Assembly (NCBI RefSeq): GCF_000025665.1
Contig: NC_013926.1
Location: forward strand, 1,350,001 to 1,382,000
DNA from: Aciduliprofundum boonei T469
GTDB taxonomy: Archaea; Thermoplasmatota; Thermoplasmata; Thermoplasmatales; Aciduliprofundaceae
DNA length: 32,000 nt
Direction of reading: 5' to 3'
This document shows positions 6,581-15,070 of the stretch, one piece after another; the first letter of the stretch is position 1; every line of letters begins with the position of its first letter. Both the position numbers and the translations under genes were made by a program. The notes below the pieces were generated by a model, which saw only the letters and a program-made list of their open reading frames with translations, did no database searches and had not been told where the DNA came from.

Positions 6581-7849
6581 ATGGTAGAAATCAGGCCATT
6601 TAAAGCTCTGCATTACAGCGATGCTTTGATTGGCAGAGATCTTAGCAAGGTGATAACTCAACCTTATGATAAAATAAATAGGGAGATGCTAGATGAGTAC
6701 TATAAAAAGCACGAGTACAACTTTGCAAAATTGATATTGCCAAGGGAGGAGAACAGATACGAGATGGCTGCCAAAAGACTCCAAGAATGGAAAGAAAATG
6801 GAATAATTGTAAGGGACAAAGAACCTGGAATCTATATATACACTCAAGAATTTGAGCTTCGTGGCAAGAAATACACAAGGCGCGGGTTTATAGCGGCTAT
6901 GCGTTTGCATCCGTTTGAAGAAAGAGTAGTTCTACCTCACGAAAAAACCCACAGGGGCCCAAAGGAAGATCGTTTAAATATGCTTCGTGCAACTAAAACG
7001 AATCTAGAGGCAGGATTTGTCCTCTATAAGGATGATGGGAGAGTGAAGGAAATAATAGATGAGGTCATTAAAGGCACTCCAGATTTCTATGGTGTGGATG
7101 ATTATGGCACAATAACAAGGCTTTACAAAGTTAATGATTATGAGAAAATTAGAACAATTCAAGATGTTCTCAAAGATGAGCAGGTTGTAATTGCAGATGG
7201 GCATCACAGGTATGAGACAGCCGTTTATTTCCGTGATGAGATGCGTTCAAAGATTCCAGATTGGAAGGATAACAGCGCATTTAACTACAGGATGACTTAT
7301 ATGGTTAGCTTGGATGATCCAGGCTTAATTGTACTTCCAACTCATAGGCTTCTAGCCAAGGTGAAGATTCAAGAAGAGCAATGGGAAAAAATAAAAGAAT
7401 ATTTTTCAGTGGAGGAGATCGATATAAAGGAGACAGAGGAATTTCTTAAAGAGAATAAAAATAGCAATGCTTTCGTAGTTTACCAAGATGGCAAGGCTTA
7501 TGGATTGGTGCGAAATAAGGATGTTTCTCAATTTATGAACAAGGAGTGGAGTGAGGCATATCGTAGCTTGGATGCAGTGGTTCTCAGGGAAGTGATCTTT
7601 AAAATTCTCGGTGTTAAAGATCCAAAGATAGACGAGGATATCTATTATGAGAGATGGATTGAGGATGCTGTAGAAAAGGTGGATAAAAAAGTAGCAAAAG
7701 TGGCATTCTTACTTAACCCAACTCCACCAGAAATAGTATTGGAAGTGGCAAGACATCTTGAGAGAATGCCTCAGAAAACCACGGATTTCTATCCCAAAGT
7801 AATTTCTGGCTTCACTATGATGCCCGTAAACGAAAACGAGTTTTTGTAA
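6581..7849 (+). CDS. DUF1015-family protein (function unknown)
   Basis: 422 aa. The N-terminal IRPFKALHY and the central VVIADGHHRYETA fit my recollection of DUF1015/COG4198. SD GGTGAT lies 4 nt upstream of the ATG. Confidence 0.75.
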   Translation: MVEIRPFKALHYSDALIGRDLSKVITQPYDKINREMLDEYYKKHEYNFAKLILPREENRYEMAAKRLQEWKENGIIVRDKEPGIYIYTQEFELRGKKYTRRGFIAAMRLHPFEERVVLPHEKTHRGPKEDRLNMLRATKTNLEAGFVLYKDDGRVKEIIDEVIKGTPDFYGVDDYGTITRLYKVNDYEKIRTIQDVLKDEQVVIADGHHRYETAVYFRDEMRSKIPDWKDNSAFNYRMTYMVSLDDPGLIVLPTHRLLAKVKIQEEQWEKIKEYFSVEEIDIKETEEFLKENKNSNAFVVYQDGKAYGLVRNKDVSQFMNKEWSEAYRSLDAVVLREVIFKILGVKDPKIDEDIYYERWIEDAVEKVDKKVAKVAFLLNPTPPEIVLEVARHLERMPQKTTDFYPKVISGFTMMPVNENEFL

Positions 7850-7850
7850 T

Positions 7851-9071
7851 TTATATATCTCTGTATTTTTTTATTTCCCAATCTGTTATGGCTTGCAAAA
7901 ACTCTTCAATTTCTAATTTCTTCATATCTATGAATGTATCGTACAGCTCATTACCCAAAGCGTATTTTACAAACTCATCGCTTTCCATAAGCTCTATTGC
8001 ATCTTCTAGAGATTCCGGCAATGCAGGGTACTCTTTAAGTTTCTCTTTTGATAGGGCATAAAGATCATAATCCACTGGCTCTGAGGGCTCAATTTTTTTC
8101 TTTATTCCATCCAAACCTGCAAGAATGATCAAAGAGAAAGCAAGATATGGATTTGCGGAAGAATCTGCATTACGTACTTCTATATCCTTCATCCTTGCCG
8201 GAACCCTAATTAAAGTACTTCTATTTCTATACCCCCAAGCCAAATACCTTGGAGCTTCAAGTCCTCCATTTAAACGCTTATAAGAGTTTATAGTCGGATT
8301 AGTCAGTGCTGTTATATATGGCATATGCTCTAATATTCCTCCTATAAAATACCGCGCTTCTTGGGATATTTCATTATCTCCCCGAAATATGTTTTCTCCA
8401 TTCTTTTTCAAGAACATGTGAATGTGCATACCATTACCCGCCATATCTTTCTTTAACTTGGGCATATATGTCACAGCCATGCCCATATCCTTTGCGAGCC
8501 ACTTTGACACAATTTTCGTATATATGGTATAATCACAAGTAAGCTCAACCCCATCAATCCACAAAAGCTCAACTTCAATTTGCCCAGAAGCATTCTCGTG
8601 GTGATGGTACCTTATAGGAATTCCCATATCTTGAACTGCTTCGCTCACCTTTTTCCGGTATTCAAATGTGACATCAGAGTATGGCGGCTCAAAATAATGT
8701 GTATTGCCCCTACCATTTTCATTTAGAACAAAGAATTCTAATTCTGGACGAAGAACTGCCTCATAACCCATTTCTTTCAAAGCCAAATCCGCTTTTTCAG
8801 CTACATTTTTTGGATCTTTATCGAAAGCATTATCCTCATAGTATGTTTTTAAAAGAACCAAATACTCATCATGCCTCCATGGAATTTTTACAAAAGTTCT
8901 CATATCCGGCTTAGCAACCAAATCTGAGCGATTTACCGATGCGAATCCGGGAATAGAAGAGCCATCGATTCCGATACCATTTTTGAAGAAGGATTCATAA
9001 TCCTTCCTGAGGGCTATAGTGTGAACCTTTCCCATTATATCCGTTAGATTTGCATAAACCCACTCTGTCAT
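7851..9071 (-). CDS. glutamine synthetase family protein (divergent GS-I paralogue; possible gamma-glutamyl-amine ligase)
   Basis: GS motifs are retained: IDGSSIPGF, RPELEFFVL, HHHENASGQIEVEL, AGNGMHIHM, NSYKRL, LIRVPA and EVRNADSSANPYL. The ORF-track start at 9101 is TTG. The first ATG (9071, MTEWVYANL..) is preferred, with a TATA-like element at about 9112-9122. Confidence 0.8.
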   Translation of the reverse strand: MTEWVYANLTDIMGKVHTIALRKDYESFFKNGIGIDGSSIPGFASVNRSDLVAKPDMRTFVKIPWRHDEYLVLLKTYYEDNAFDKDPKNVAEKADLALKEMGYEAVLRPELEFFVLNENGRGNTHYFEPPYSDVTFEYRKKVSEAVQDMGIPIRYHHHENASGQIEVELLWIDGVELTCDYTIYTKIVSKWLAKDMGMAVTYMPKLKKDMAGNGMHIHMFLKKNGENIFRGDNEISQEARYFIGGILEHMPYITALTNPTINSYKRLNGGLEAPRYLAWGYRNRSTLIRVPARMKDIEVRNADSSANPYLAFSLIILAGLDGIKKKIEPSEPVDYDLYALSKEKLKEYPALPESLEDAIELMESDEFVKYALGNELYDTFIDMKKLEIEEFLQAITDWEIKKYRDI

Positions 9072-9372
9072 AAGGAATAGGAATACTCTCCCATATATCA
9101 ATCTTTGGAAGTGTTAAATATACTAACAAAATATTGGGTTCAATAAAAATTAACTTTGCTAATATTATCCCATCCAGACAGAGTCGCTTTACTAGGAATT
9201 CCCAACAAATGCCTTGAGGTAAAAGAGAATTAAAGCTGCAAACACATCATAGAAAGCAGGGCTATGACATCTATTTTCTAATTTACTACAAAAATTATTT
9301 TATTTCTTTGGGAGTAAAGCACCTTTCCTTTAGGGAAGAGGGTAGAGGGAGAAACCGTAGGTGTCTCCTCAG

Positions 9373-9445
9373 TGGGCCCGCCCGGGTTCGAACCGGGGAT
9401 CTTCGCCTTGTAAGGGCGACGTCATAACCACTAGACCACGGGCCC
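9373..9445 (-). tRNA. tRNA-Val (anticodon UAC), no encoded CCA, no intron
   Basis: Minus strand reads GGGCCCG-TG-GTC-TAGTGGTTAT-GAC-G-TCGCC-CTTACAA-GGCGA-AGATC-CCCGG-TTCGAAC-CCGGG-CGGGCCC-A. This is a complete 73-nt cloverleaf with GC-rich stems and a TTCGAA T-loop. The 3' flank is CTG. Confidence 0.9.
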
Positions 9446-9467
9446 CAAGTAGGGAATAAAAGTTTTG

Positions 9468-9478
9468 TTTTTAAATTT
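9468..9478 (-). promoter_or_regulatory. TATA-like element for tRNA-Val
   Basis: On the minus strand, AAATTTAAAAA is centred about 28 nt upstream of tRNA position 1. Confidence 0.4.
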
Positions 9479-9525
9479 TGTGGATGAAGCCATAAATTTA
9501 ATAGGTGCAAATAGCATAAAGGGAT

Positions 9526-10452
9526 ATGGCTTCAACGATTCGCATAGTTTTCTTTGGCACAGGAGGCTCTTGGCCCTCACCGGAGAGAAATGTGATGAGT
9601 ATAGGAGTGCAGATTGATAGTGAGGTACTCCTATTTGACTGTGGTGAGGGTACACAAAGGCAAATGATGCACACAAATATGAGTTTCATGAAGATTAAGA
9701 GAATATTCATAACCCATTATCATGGAGATCACTTTCTAGGTTTAGCAGGATTAATTCAAACAATGACCCTCAATGAAAGAAAAGAGCCCCTTGAAATTTA
9801 TGGACCTGAAAGAACGATTGATATTCTGACGAAATTCCTGAATATTGGGTACTATTCACCATCTTTCAAAATAGTTCTCTATGAGTTAAAGGGCAATGAA
9901 TCTTTAGATTTCGGGGACTATGTAGTCAAAGTGATGAAAACAAAGCACCCAGTTCCTTCCCTGGCCTATGCAATAAAAGAAAAAGACATGCCAAGGATAG
10001 ATAGAAACAGAGCAAAGGCCTTAGGATTGAATAGCAAGATACTTGAAAAGTTAAGAAAAAATGGGAAAATAGAGTATGAGGGAAAGGAGATCACAATAGA
10101 CGAGGTAAGCAATGGAGTTAGAGTGGGGAGAAAAATAGTGTATTCTGGAGATACTGCACCGATGGAAGAAATGATTTCCTTTGCTGCTAATGCCAATGTG
10201 TTGATTCATGAGGCTACGGTAGAATCATCCCTAGAAGAGCAAGCAAATCAATATGGGCATTCATCTGCAAGGCAGGCGGCTAAAATTGCTAAAAAGGCAA
10301 ATGTGGATGCCTTACTTCTGGTACACATAAGCCCAAGATACAAAGATGCAAAGATTATTGAAAATGAGGCAAAAAAGATATTCCCTAATAGCAGGGTAAT
10401 GAATGATTTTGATGAGTTCATAGTGAAAGTTAAAAAAGTTCAGTCCTCGTAA
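9526..10452 (+). CDS. rnz: ribonuclease Z (tRNA 3' endonuclease, metallo-beta-lactamase fold)
   Basis: 308 aa. IVFFGTGGS.P, the HxHxDH motif ITHYHGDHFLGL, and C-terminal HEAT / HISPRY motifs. A TATA-like ATAAATTTAATA about 25 nt upstream of the ATG suggests a leaderless mRNA. Confidence 0.9.
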   Translation: MASTIRIVFFGTGGSWPSPERNVMSIGVQIDSEVLLFDCGEGTQRQMMHTNMSFMKIKRIFITHYHGDHFLGLAGLIQTMTLNERKEPLEIYGPERTIDILTKFLNIGYYSPSFKIVLYELKGNESLDFGDYVVKVMKTKHPVPSLAYAIKEKDMPRIDRNRAKALGLNSKILEKLRKNGKIEYEGKEITIDEVSNGVRVGRKIVYSGDTAPMEEMISFAANANVLIHEATVESSLEEQANQYGHSSARQAAKIAKKANVDALLLVHISPRYKDAKIIENEAKKIFPNSRVMNDFDEFIVKVKKVQSS

Positions 10453-10481
10453 ATAATATATTCTTTTTCATTGATTTTAGC

Positions 10482-10510
10482 AAATATTTTGGAAGATCCA
10501 ACAAATATTT
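10482..10510. terminator. AT-rich imperfect hairpin between the convergent rnz and trpS genes (possible bidirectional terminator)
   Basis: AAATATTTTGGA-AGA-TCCAACAAATATTT forms 12 bp with a 2-nt bulge. T-runs (TTCTTTTTC, GATTTT) lie just upstream. Archaeal termination normally depends on oligo-T, so the role of the hairpin is uncertain. Confidence 0.3.
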
Positions 10511-10586
10511 CAATGCTATCTCCTAGCACGAAACGCTTTGATTGCATTACCTCACCCAAGTGGCAATGGAAATCCTATATTTAAAT

Positions 10587-11894
10587 TCATTCCCAAGATA
10601 CTATCTCCTTAACCTCATCCTTCGCCTGTTCTCTCTTCTCTTGAAATTCTTTGAGCCAATTGTAAATTATATCTGCCGCTTCTCTTTTGCATGGACCACA
10701 TACCCTCTTACCTTCCCTACAAGATTCATGTATATCTTTAAGATATGAATCATCATCTATTAGGTGATAAACGAATAGTTCATAAACGGAGCATATATCT
10801 GGGTTCCCACCGTATTTTCTATGCTCCTCAAGAGTTACTCCACCCCCCGTTTTAGCGCGCATAACTTTTTTTCTTGCCTCTTCAGGTGAATCTGTCAGAA
10901 ATATAGCACTTTCAGGAATGGATGAGGACATCTTTCCGCCAGTTAATCCAGTCATAAGGCGATGATAGGTGGCTGCTGGAGGATAAAACGCATTTTCGTT
11001 GAATTCCTTCTCGTAGGAGATTATTGCTCTATCAATTCTTATCCAATCTTCTTTTTGTGAATCGAGTATATAAAGAGCCTTATATGGCACATTTATTTTG
11101 AACTGAGAAAATCCAGATGCTTCAAGATAAGATATTAGATTTTTCAGTTTTTTCTCTGCATCCTCACCCTTATAGAATACGGCTAATGTAGCACCCTGTT
11201 GAGATATGCTAAACATTCTCCACCTTCCTACAATATCTCTCGTTAGACGCATATGGGGATCTTGATCCACGCCCACAGGTACAATAGTGGGCCTTGGGCC
11301 CCCAAATTTCTCAAGCTGAACATGGAGTATGTCCCCAACCTGAACCAACGGAGAGAATAAATGGCTCATATTGTCTTCTCCTGAAAAACCATAAATTGCA
11401 AGAAACTCACTCATATTCACTTTCTTTGCAAGTTTCCATGCTATATCTTTAACTTCTTGCCGTTTAGATTGGAAATAAACCTCAGTTCTAGCAGGATCTA
11501 AACCCAAAGCTATATAGCTCGGGACATACTCTTCCAAAGCAATTCTCTCAGCATCCTTTAAAGGTATACCACGAAACGAGTATGCCTCTATATCTGCAAC
11601 AGCAATATGGACATCAGCACCTTGAGATTGATAATAGCGAACTTGCTCAATGGTCATTTTGTGTCCAAAATGCATATTTCCCGAGGGCATTAATCCAGTT
11701 AAAACAGCAAAATTCCTGTTATTCTTTATGGCATCATAAATGTATTCAAATCCCCTGTGCCCAAATATAACTCCCCTGCGGAAGAGAATAGGGGCATCGG
11801 GCAAATCAAAATTAAATGGGGCTATACCAAACTGGTCCCGAAGCTTTGCATAATCTTTGTACTGCTGTGATGACCATGGATTTATGAGCTGCAT
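10587..11894 (-). CDS. trpS: tryptophanyl-tRNA synthetase (archaeal/eukaryotic type) with a C-terminal Cys4 motif
   Basis: 435 aa. Class I signatures PSGNMHFGH (HIGH) and KMSSS (KMSKS). The N-terminal extension and overall pattern are typical of archaeal TrpRS. C368-x23-C392-x6-C399-x2-C402. Confidence 0.8.
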   Translation of the reverse strand: MQLINPWSSQQYKDYAKLRDQFGIAPFNFDLPDAPILFRRGVIFGHRGFEYIYDAIKNNRNFAVLTGLMPSGNMHFGHKMTIEQVRYYQSQGADVHIAVADIEAYSFRGIPLKDAERIALEEYVPSYIALGLDPARTEVYFQSKRQEVKDIAWKLAKKVNMSEFLAIYGFSGEDNMSHLFSPLVQVGDILHVQLEKFGGPRPTIVPVGVDQDPHMRLTRDIVGRWRMFSISQQGATLAVFYKGEDAEKKLKNLISYLEASGFSQFKINVPYKALYILDSQKEDWIRIDRAIISYEKEFNENAFYPPAATYHRLMTGLTGGKMSSSIPESAIFLTDSPEEARKKVMRAKTGGGVTLEEHRKYGGNPDICSVYELFVYHLIDDDSYLKDIHESCREGKRVCGPCKREAADIIYNWLKEFQEKREQAKDEVKEIVSWE

Positions 11895-11914
11895 AGTCGG
11901 GTAATGAGTTGCAT

Positions 11915-12310
11915 TTAAATAACTTTTTCAGAAAGCATTGATAATTCTTCCACCGTTGATATGTGCGAGCCAAGATAAAATCCCAACTTTCTTCTATATT
12001 CCATATTACACACAACATCATTGCCGCGCAAAAGGTTGAAAAGGCGTCCTGCAAGATAGCTACCTTTCTTATCCCAATCTGTTAAAATTATTATTTTTTT
12101 ATGTTTTTCTGAAATCCAATCCGCAATATTTGCCAGAGTATGTCCCGAATTTAAAATTATTATATCACCTTCAAATCCAAGCTCTTGCAACGCTTTTTTA
12201 TCTCTCTTTCCCTCAACTAGAATGGGTATGTTCTCATTATCAGCCTTCATTTCATCCAGAATTTGATATACCTTATCCAATGATTCTCTGGATATTCCAA
12301 AGTTATTCAT
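11915..12310 (-). CDS. small Toprim-domain protein (COG1658 / RNase M5-like, function unknown in archaea)
   Basis: PILVEGKRDKKAL (Toprim Glu) and IIILTDWDKKG (DxD). The ORF-track start at 12325 is TTG. The ATG at 12310 lies 2 nt after the upstream gene's stop. Confidence 0.7.
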   Translation of the reverse strand: MNNFGISRESLDKVYQILDEMKADNENIPILVEGKRDKKALQELGFEGDIIILNSGHTLANIADWISEKHKKIIILTDWDKKGSYLAGRLFNLLRGNDVVCNMEYRRKLGFYLGSHISTVEELSMLSEKVI

Positions 12311-13016
12311 TCCTAAGCCCCACAACTATAATCCTTTCCGAATACTCAGAGAATTCGTTCATATCGTAATCCCCAAAAATTGCCTCTATCTTGAAACCGA
12401 CTTTTTCCATCTCTTCAACGATTTCATCCTTTTCAATTGGATAAATAGTCATCTCTGCAACTTTTCTTTTTAGATTCTCATTTTCAACTATATCGTAAAA
12501 ATATAGAAGTTTCCAATTGCCATTTTTCCTTATGGGTACAAAGAATCTGCTGTAAATTTTATCATCTCTGAATTTCGTATCTCCGTGGTGCACGATGCCT
12601 TCAACCATCTCAAAGGGATTTATTATATCAACTATCAACCTTCCACCCTTGCGAAGATGCTGGTATGCGTTTTTCAATATTTTCATTCTATCATCTTTAG
12701 GAAACATTATCAAAGAGTTTATGCCTATGATTTCTAAGCAAAATCTTTCTTCAATTTTGAAATCTCTCGCATCTCCTTTAAACAATTTTACATTCTTTCC
12801 TTCTAAATTCTCTCTAGCTAAGGATAACATTTTCTCATTCAAATCTAAGCCATACATGTTCTGGTGGTCCAGATAATACAAAATTCTCCCCGTGCCGCAA
12901 AAGAGTTCAAGCACATTCTCGCACTTATCAGCATATTTTTTGTAAAGGGGAATATCCTCCCTGAAATCAAAATAGAATAAATCGTAGAGTTCCGCTTCCA
13001 CATCGTAGAACTCCAT
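12303..13016 (-). CDS. class I SAM-dependent methyltransferase (substrate unknown)
   Basis: 237 aa. Motif I VLELFCGTGR, post-I YGLDLNEKM, and a Rossmann-fold pattern through GGRLIVD. Confidence 0.8.
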   Translation of the reverse strand: MEFYDVEAELYDLFYFDFREDIPLYKKYADKCENVLELFCGTGRILYYLDHQNMYGLDLNEKMLSLARENLEGKNVKLFKGDARDFKIEERFCLEIIGINSLIMFPKDDRMKILKNAYQHLRKGGRLIVDIINPFEMVEGIVHHGDTKFRDDKIYSRFFVPIRKNGNWKLLYFYDIVENENLKRKVAEMTIYPIEKDEIVEEMEKVGFKIEAIFGDYDMNEFSEYSERIIVVGLRNE

Positions 13017-13020
13017 AGAA

Positions 13021-13506
13021 TCACAGCTTGTATCCTATTTTGCGTAAGAACTCTTTTCTCTCTTTTCTCTTCTCCTCATCCTCTACTCCAAGGGGTGCAT
13101 AGCCATCCACTATTCCAAGTATTGCGTTTCCCTGTTCTGTTTTTCCTATTATCACCTGCAGAGGATTTGCACTTGCCACCATTATTCTCGTTATCTCCTG
13201 CACATTCTTGAGGGCATTGAGAACATTTATGGGATATGCATTTCGTAGGAGTATTATGAAAGCATGCCCAGCTCCAATATTTTTGCAGTTTTCAATTGCA
13301 AATTTGGTTAATTCTTCATCAGTGCCCTCGTACCTTATCAACCTATCTCCAGAGGCCTCACAGAATGCAAATCCGAACTTTATGCCTGGCATACTAGTAA
13401 CTAAGGCCTCATAGATATCCTCTGCGCTTTTTATAAAATGCGTGTATCCTATGATTACATTCACACTATCTTCTAGCTTTTTTACATTTACAACATCAAT
13501 TTCCAT
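13021..13506 (-). CDS. adenosine-specific kinase family protein (PF04008-like)
   Basis: 161 aa. HFIKSAEDIYEAL..PGIKFGFAFCEASGDRLIR..G.D.EL...A..N...IGAGHAFIILLRNAYPINVLNALK matches my recollection of this archaeal family. Confidence 0.65.
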   Translation of the reverse strand: MEIDVVNVKKLEDSVNVIIGYTHFIKSAEDIYEALVTSMPGIKFGFAFCEASGDRLIRYEGTDEELTKFAIENCKNIGAGHAFIILLRNAYPINVLNALKNVQEITRIMVASANPLQVIIGKTEQGNAILGIVDGYAPLGVEDEEKRKERKEFLRKIGYKL

Positions 13507-13586
13507 ATCCTATAATCTAAAAAATCATTCTTAATATTTTCTCCCAAAATTAATATGTGCTAAGACAATTATGGCGTGGTGGCTCT

Positions 13587-15026
13587 ATGACTCGAATTCT
13601 TGCAATGGATGAGGGTACAACCAATGTAAAAGCGTCAATTGTTGATGAGGAGGGAAAGATTATTTCTTCCCTATCAAAAGAATTCAATCAGATTTATCCT
13701 AAACCAGGTTGGGTTGAGCACGAGCCTGAGGAGATATGGAGAACTCAAGTAGAAGTTGCTAAGAAAATAACAAAAAATGAGAGAATAGATGCAATAGGCA
13801 TAACAAATCAGAGAGAGACCGTAGTGGTGTGGGACAAGAATGGAAAGCCAATCTACAACGCAATAGTGTGGCAGTGTAGAAGAACTGCTGATATGATGGA
13901 AGAGATAAAAAAAGAGTATGGTGAGATAATAAGAGAGAAAACAGGGCTGATAGCGGATGCATATTTCTCTGCCAGCAAGATAAAATGGCTCTTAGATAAT
14001 GTTCCACGAGCCAGAGAAAGAGCAAAAATGAGAGAGCTTATGGCCGGTACGATAGATTCTTACCTTATTTACAAACTTACAGGTGAGCATCTCACCGATC
14101 ATTCCAATGCCTCAAGAACCATGCTCTTCAACATAAAAAAAGGAGAATGGGATGAAGAGCTTCTTGAGTTATTCGGCATCCCTAAAGATATCCTTCCGCA
14201 TGTTAGAGATTCAAGCAGTGTATTTGGGTACACAAAATTATTTGGAAAGGAAGTGCCTGTAAGTGGAGTTTTAGGAGACCAGCAGGCTGCATTGTTTGGA
14301 CAAACCTGCTTCTCAAAAGGCATGCTCAAAGTGACTTATGGTACGGGAAATTTCTTGCTGGCAAACACTGGAAATGAAATAGAACATTCAGAGAATCTAT
14401 TGACCACCGTGGCTTGGAAGATAAAAGGAAATACCACCTATGCCCTTGAAGGAAGCGTGTTCATAACGGGTGCTGCTTTAAAATGGCTTAAAGATTTGGA
14501 AATTTTGAAAGATTACGATGATAGTGAGAATCTGGCAAAAAATGCTAAAGATTCAAAATTATTTTTCGTTCCGGCATTCTCGGGCCTTGGCTCTCCCTAC
14601 TGGGACCCTCATGCAAGAGGTTTGCTAATAGGGATAACGAGAGGCACAAAAAAAGAGGATATAGTGAAAGCTACCTTAGATTCCATAGCGTATCAAACTA
14701 AAGATGTTGTAGAAGAAATGAAAAAACAGGTAAAAATTAAAGAAATTAGAGTGGATGGTGGCGCTTCTAAAAATGATTATCTTATGCAATTTCAATCTGA
14801 TATCTTAGGCATACCTGTTCTAAGGCCAGCAATCCTAGAAACAACATCGCTAGGCGCAGCGTTTATGGCAGGTCTCACTATAGGTGCTTGGGATATGAAC
14901 GATTTAAAGGGATTATGGAAAGAAGATAGAAGATTTGAGCCCAAAATGAAAGATGAGGATAGAGAAAAATTGTATAAAAGATGGAAAGATGCCGTATCAA
15001 GAGCTCTAGGTTGGGCTAAGGAGTAG
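13587..15026 (+). CDS. glpK: glycerol kinase
   Basis: [48 protein letters not shown] and VDGGASKND. The ORF-track start at 13557 is GTG. The in-frame ATG at 13587, preceded by GGTGG, gives the canonical N-terminus. Confidence 0.9.
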   Translation: MTRILAMDEGTTNVKASIVDEEGKIISSLSKEFNQIYPKPGWVEHEPEEIWRTQVEVAKKITKNERIDAIGITNQRETVVVWDKNGKPIYNAIVWQCRRTADMMEEIKKEYGEIIREKTGLIADAYFSASKIKWLLDNVPRARERAKMRELMAGTIDSYLIYKLTGEHLTDHSNASRTMLFNIKKGEWDEELLELFGIPKDILPHVRDSSSVFGYTKLFGKEVPVSGVLGDQQAALFGQTCFSKGMLKVTYGTGNFLLANTGNEIEHSENLLTTVAWKIKGNTTYALEGSVFITGAALKWLKDLEILKDYDDSENLAKNAKDSKLFFVPAFSGLGSPYWDPHARGLLIGITRGTKKEDIVKATLDSIAYQTKDVVEEMKKQVKIKEIRVDGGASKNDYLMQFQSDILGIPVLRPAILETTSLGAAFMAGLTIGAWDMNDLKGLWKEDRRFEPKMKDEDREKLYKRWKDAVSRALGWAKE

Positions 15027-15070
15027 AAGGTTTTAAATACTCTGAGTTACTAAATACACCAGGGGTATAA

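Noticed and set aside
7243-7249. Other RUGAUGA (C-box-like) hits on either strand. Examples: 654-660(-), 1117-1123(-), 6311-6317, 7243-7249, 9941-9947, 11867-11873, 15685-15691, 16406-16412, 18432-18438, 18550-18556, 24380-24386 and 28755-28761.
   Set aside because: Each was checked for a CUGA exactly 12 nt downstream and for a second C'/D pair. None has them, and nearly all lie inside coding sequence (one spans the start codon of the 15685 gene). Only the 3114-3163 element meets the full C/D'/C'/D architecture.
9124-9139. The imperfect A/T palindrome AACAAAATATTGGGTT upstream of the GS-like gene, considered as a counterpart of the glnA TTACCAA operator.
   Set aside because: Only 12 of 16 positions are symmetric, it is almost pure A/T, and it does not contain the TTACCAA half-site. 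This is not enough to claim a shared operator.
9295-9710. ORFs 9295..9510, 9431..9676 and 9498..9710 on the minus strand around the tRNA.
   Set aside because: They overlap the tRNA-Val gene, its promoter and the 5' end of rnz. Their peptide sequences have no recognisable features. They are spurious.
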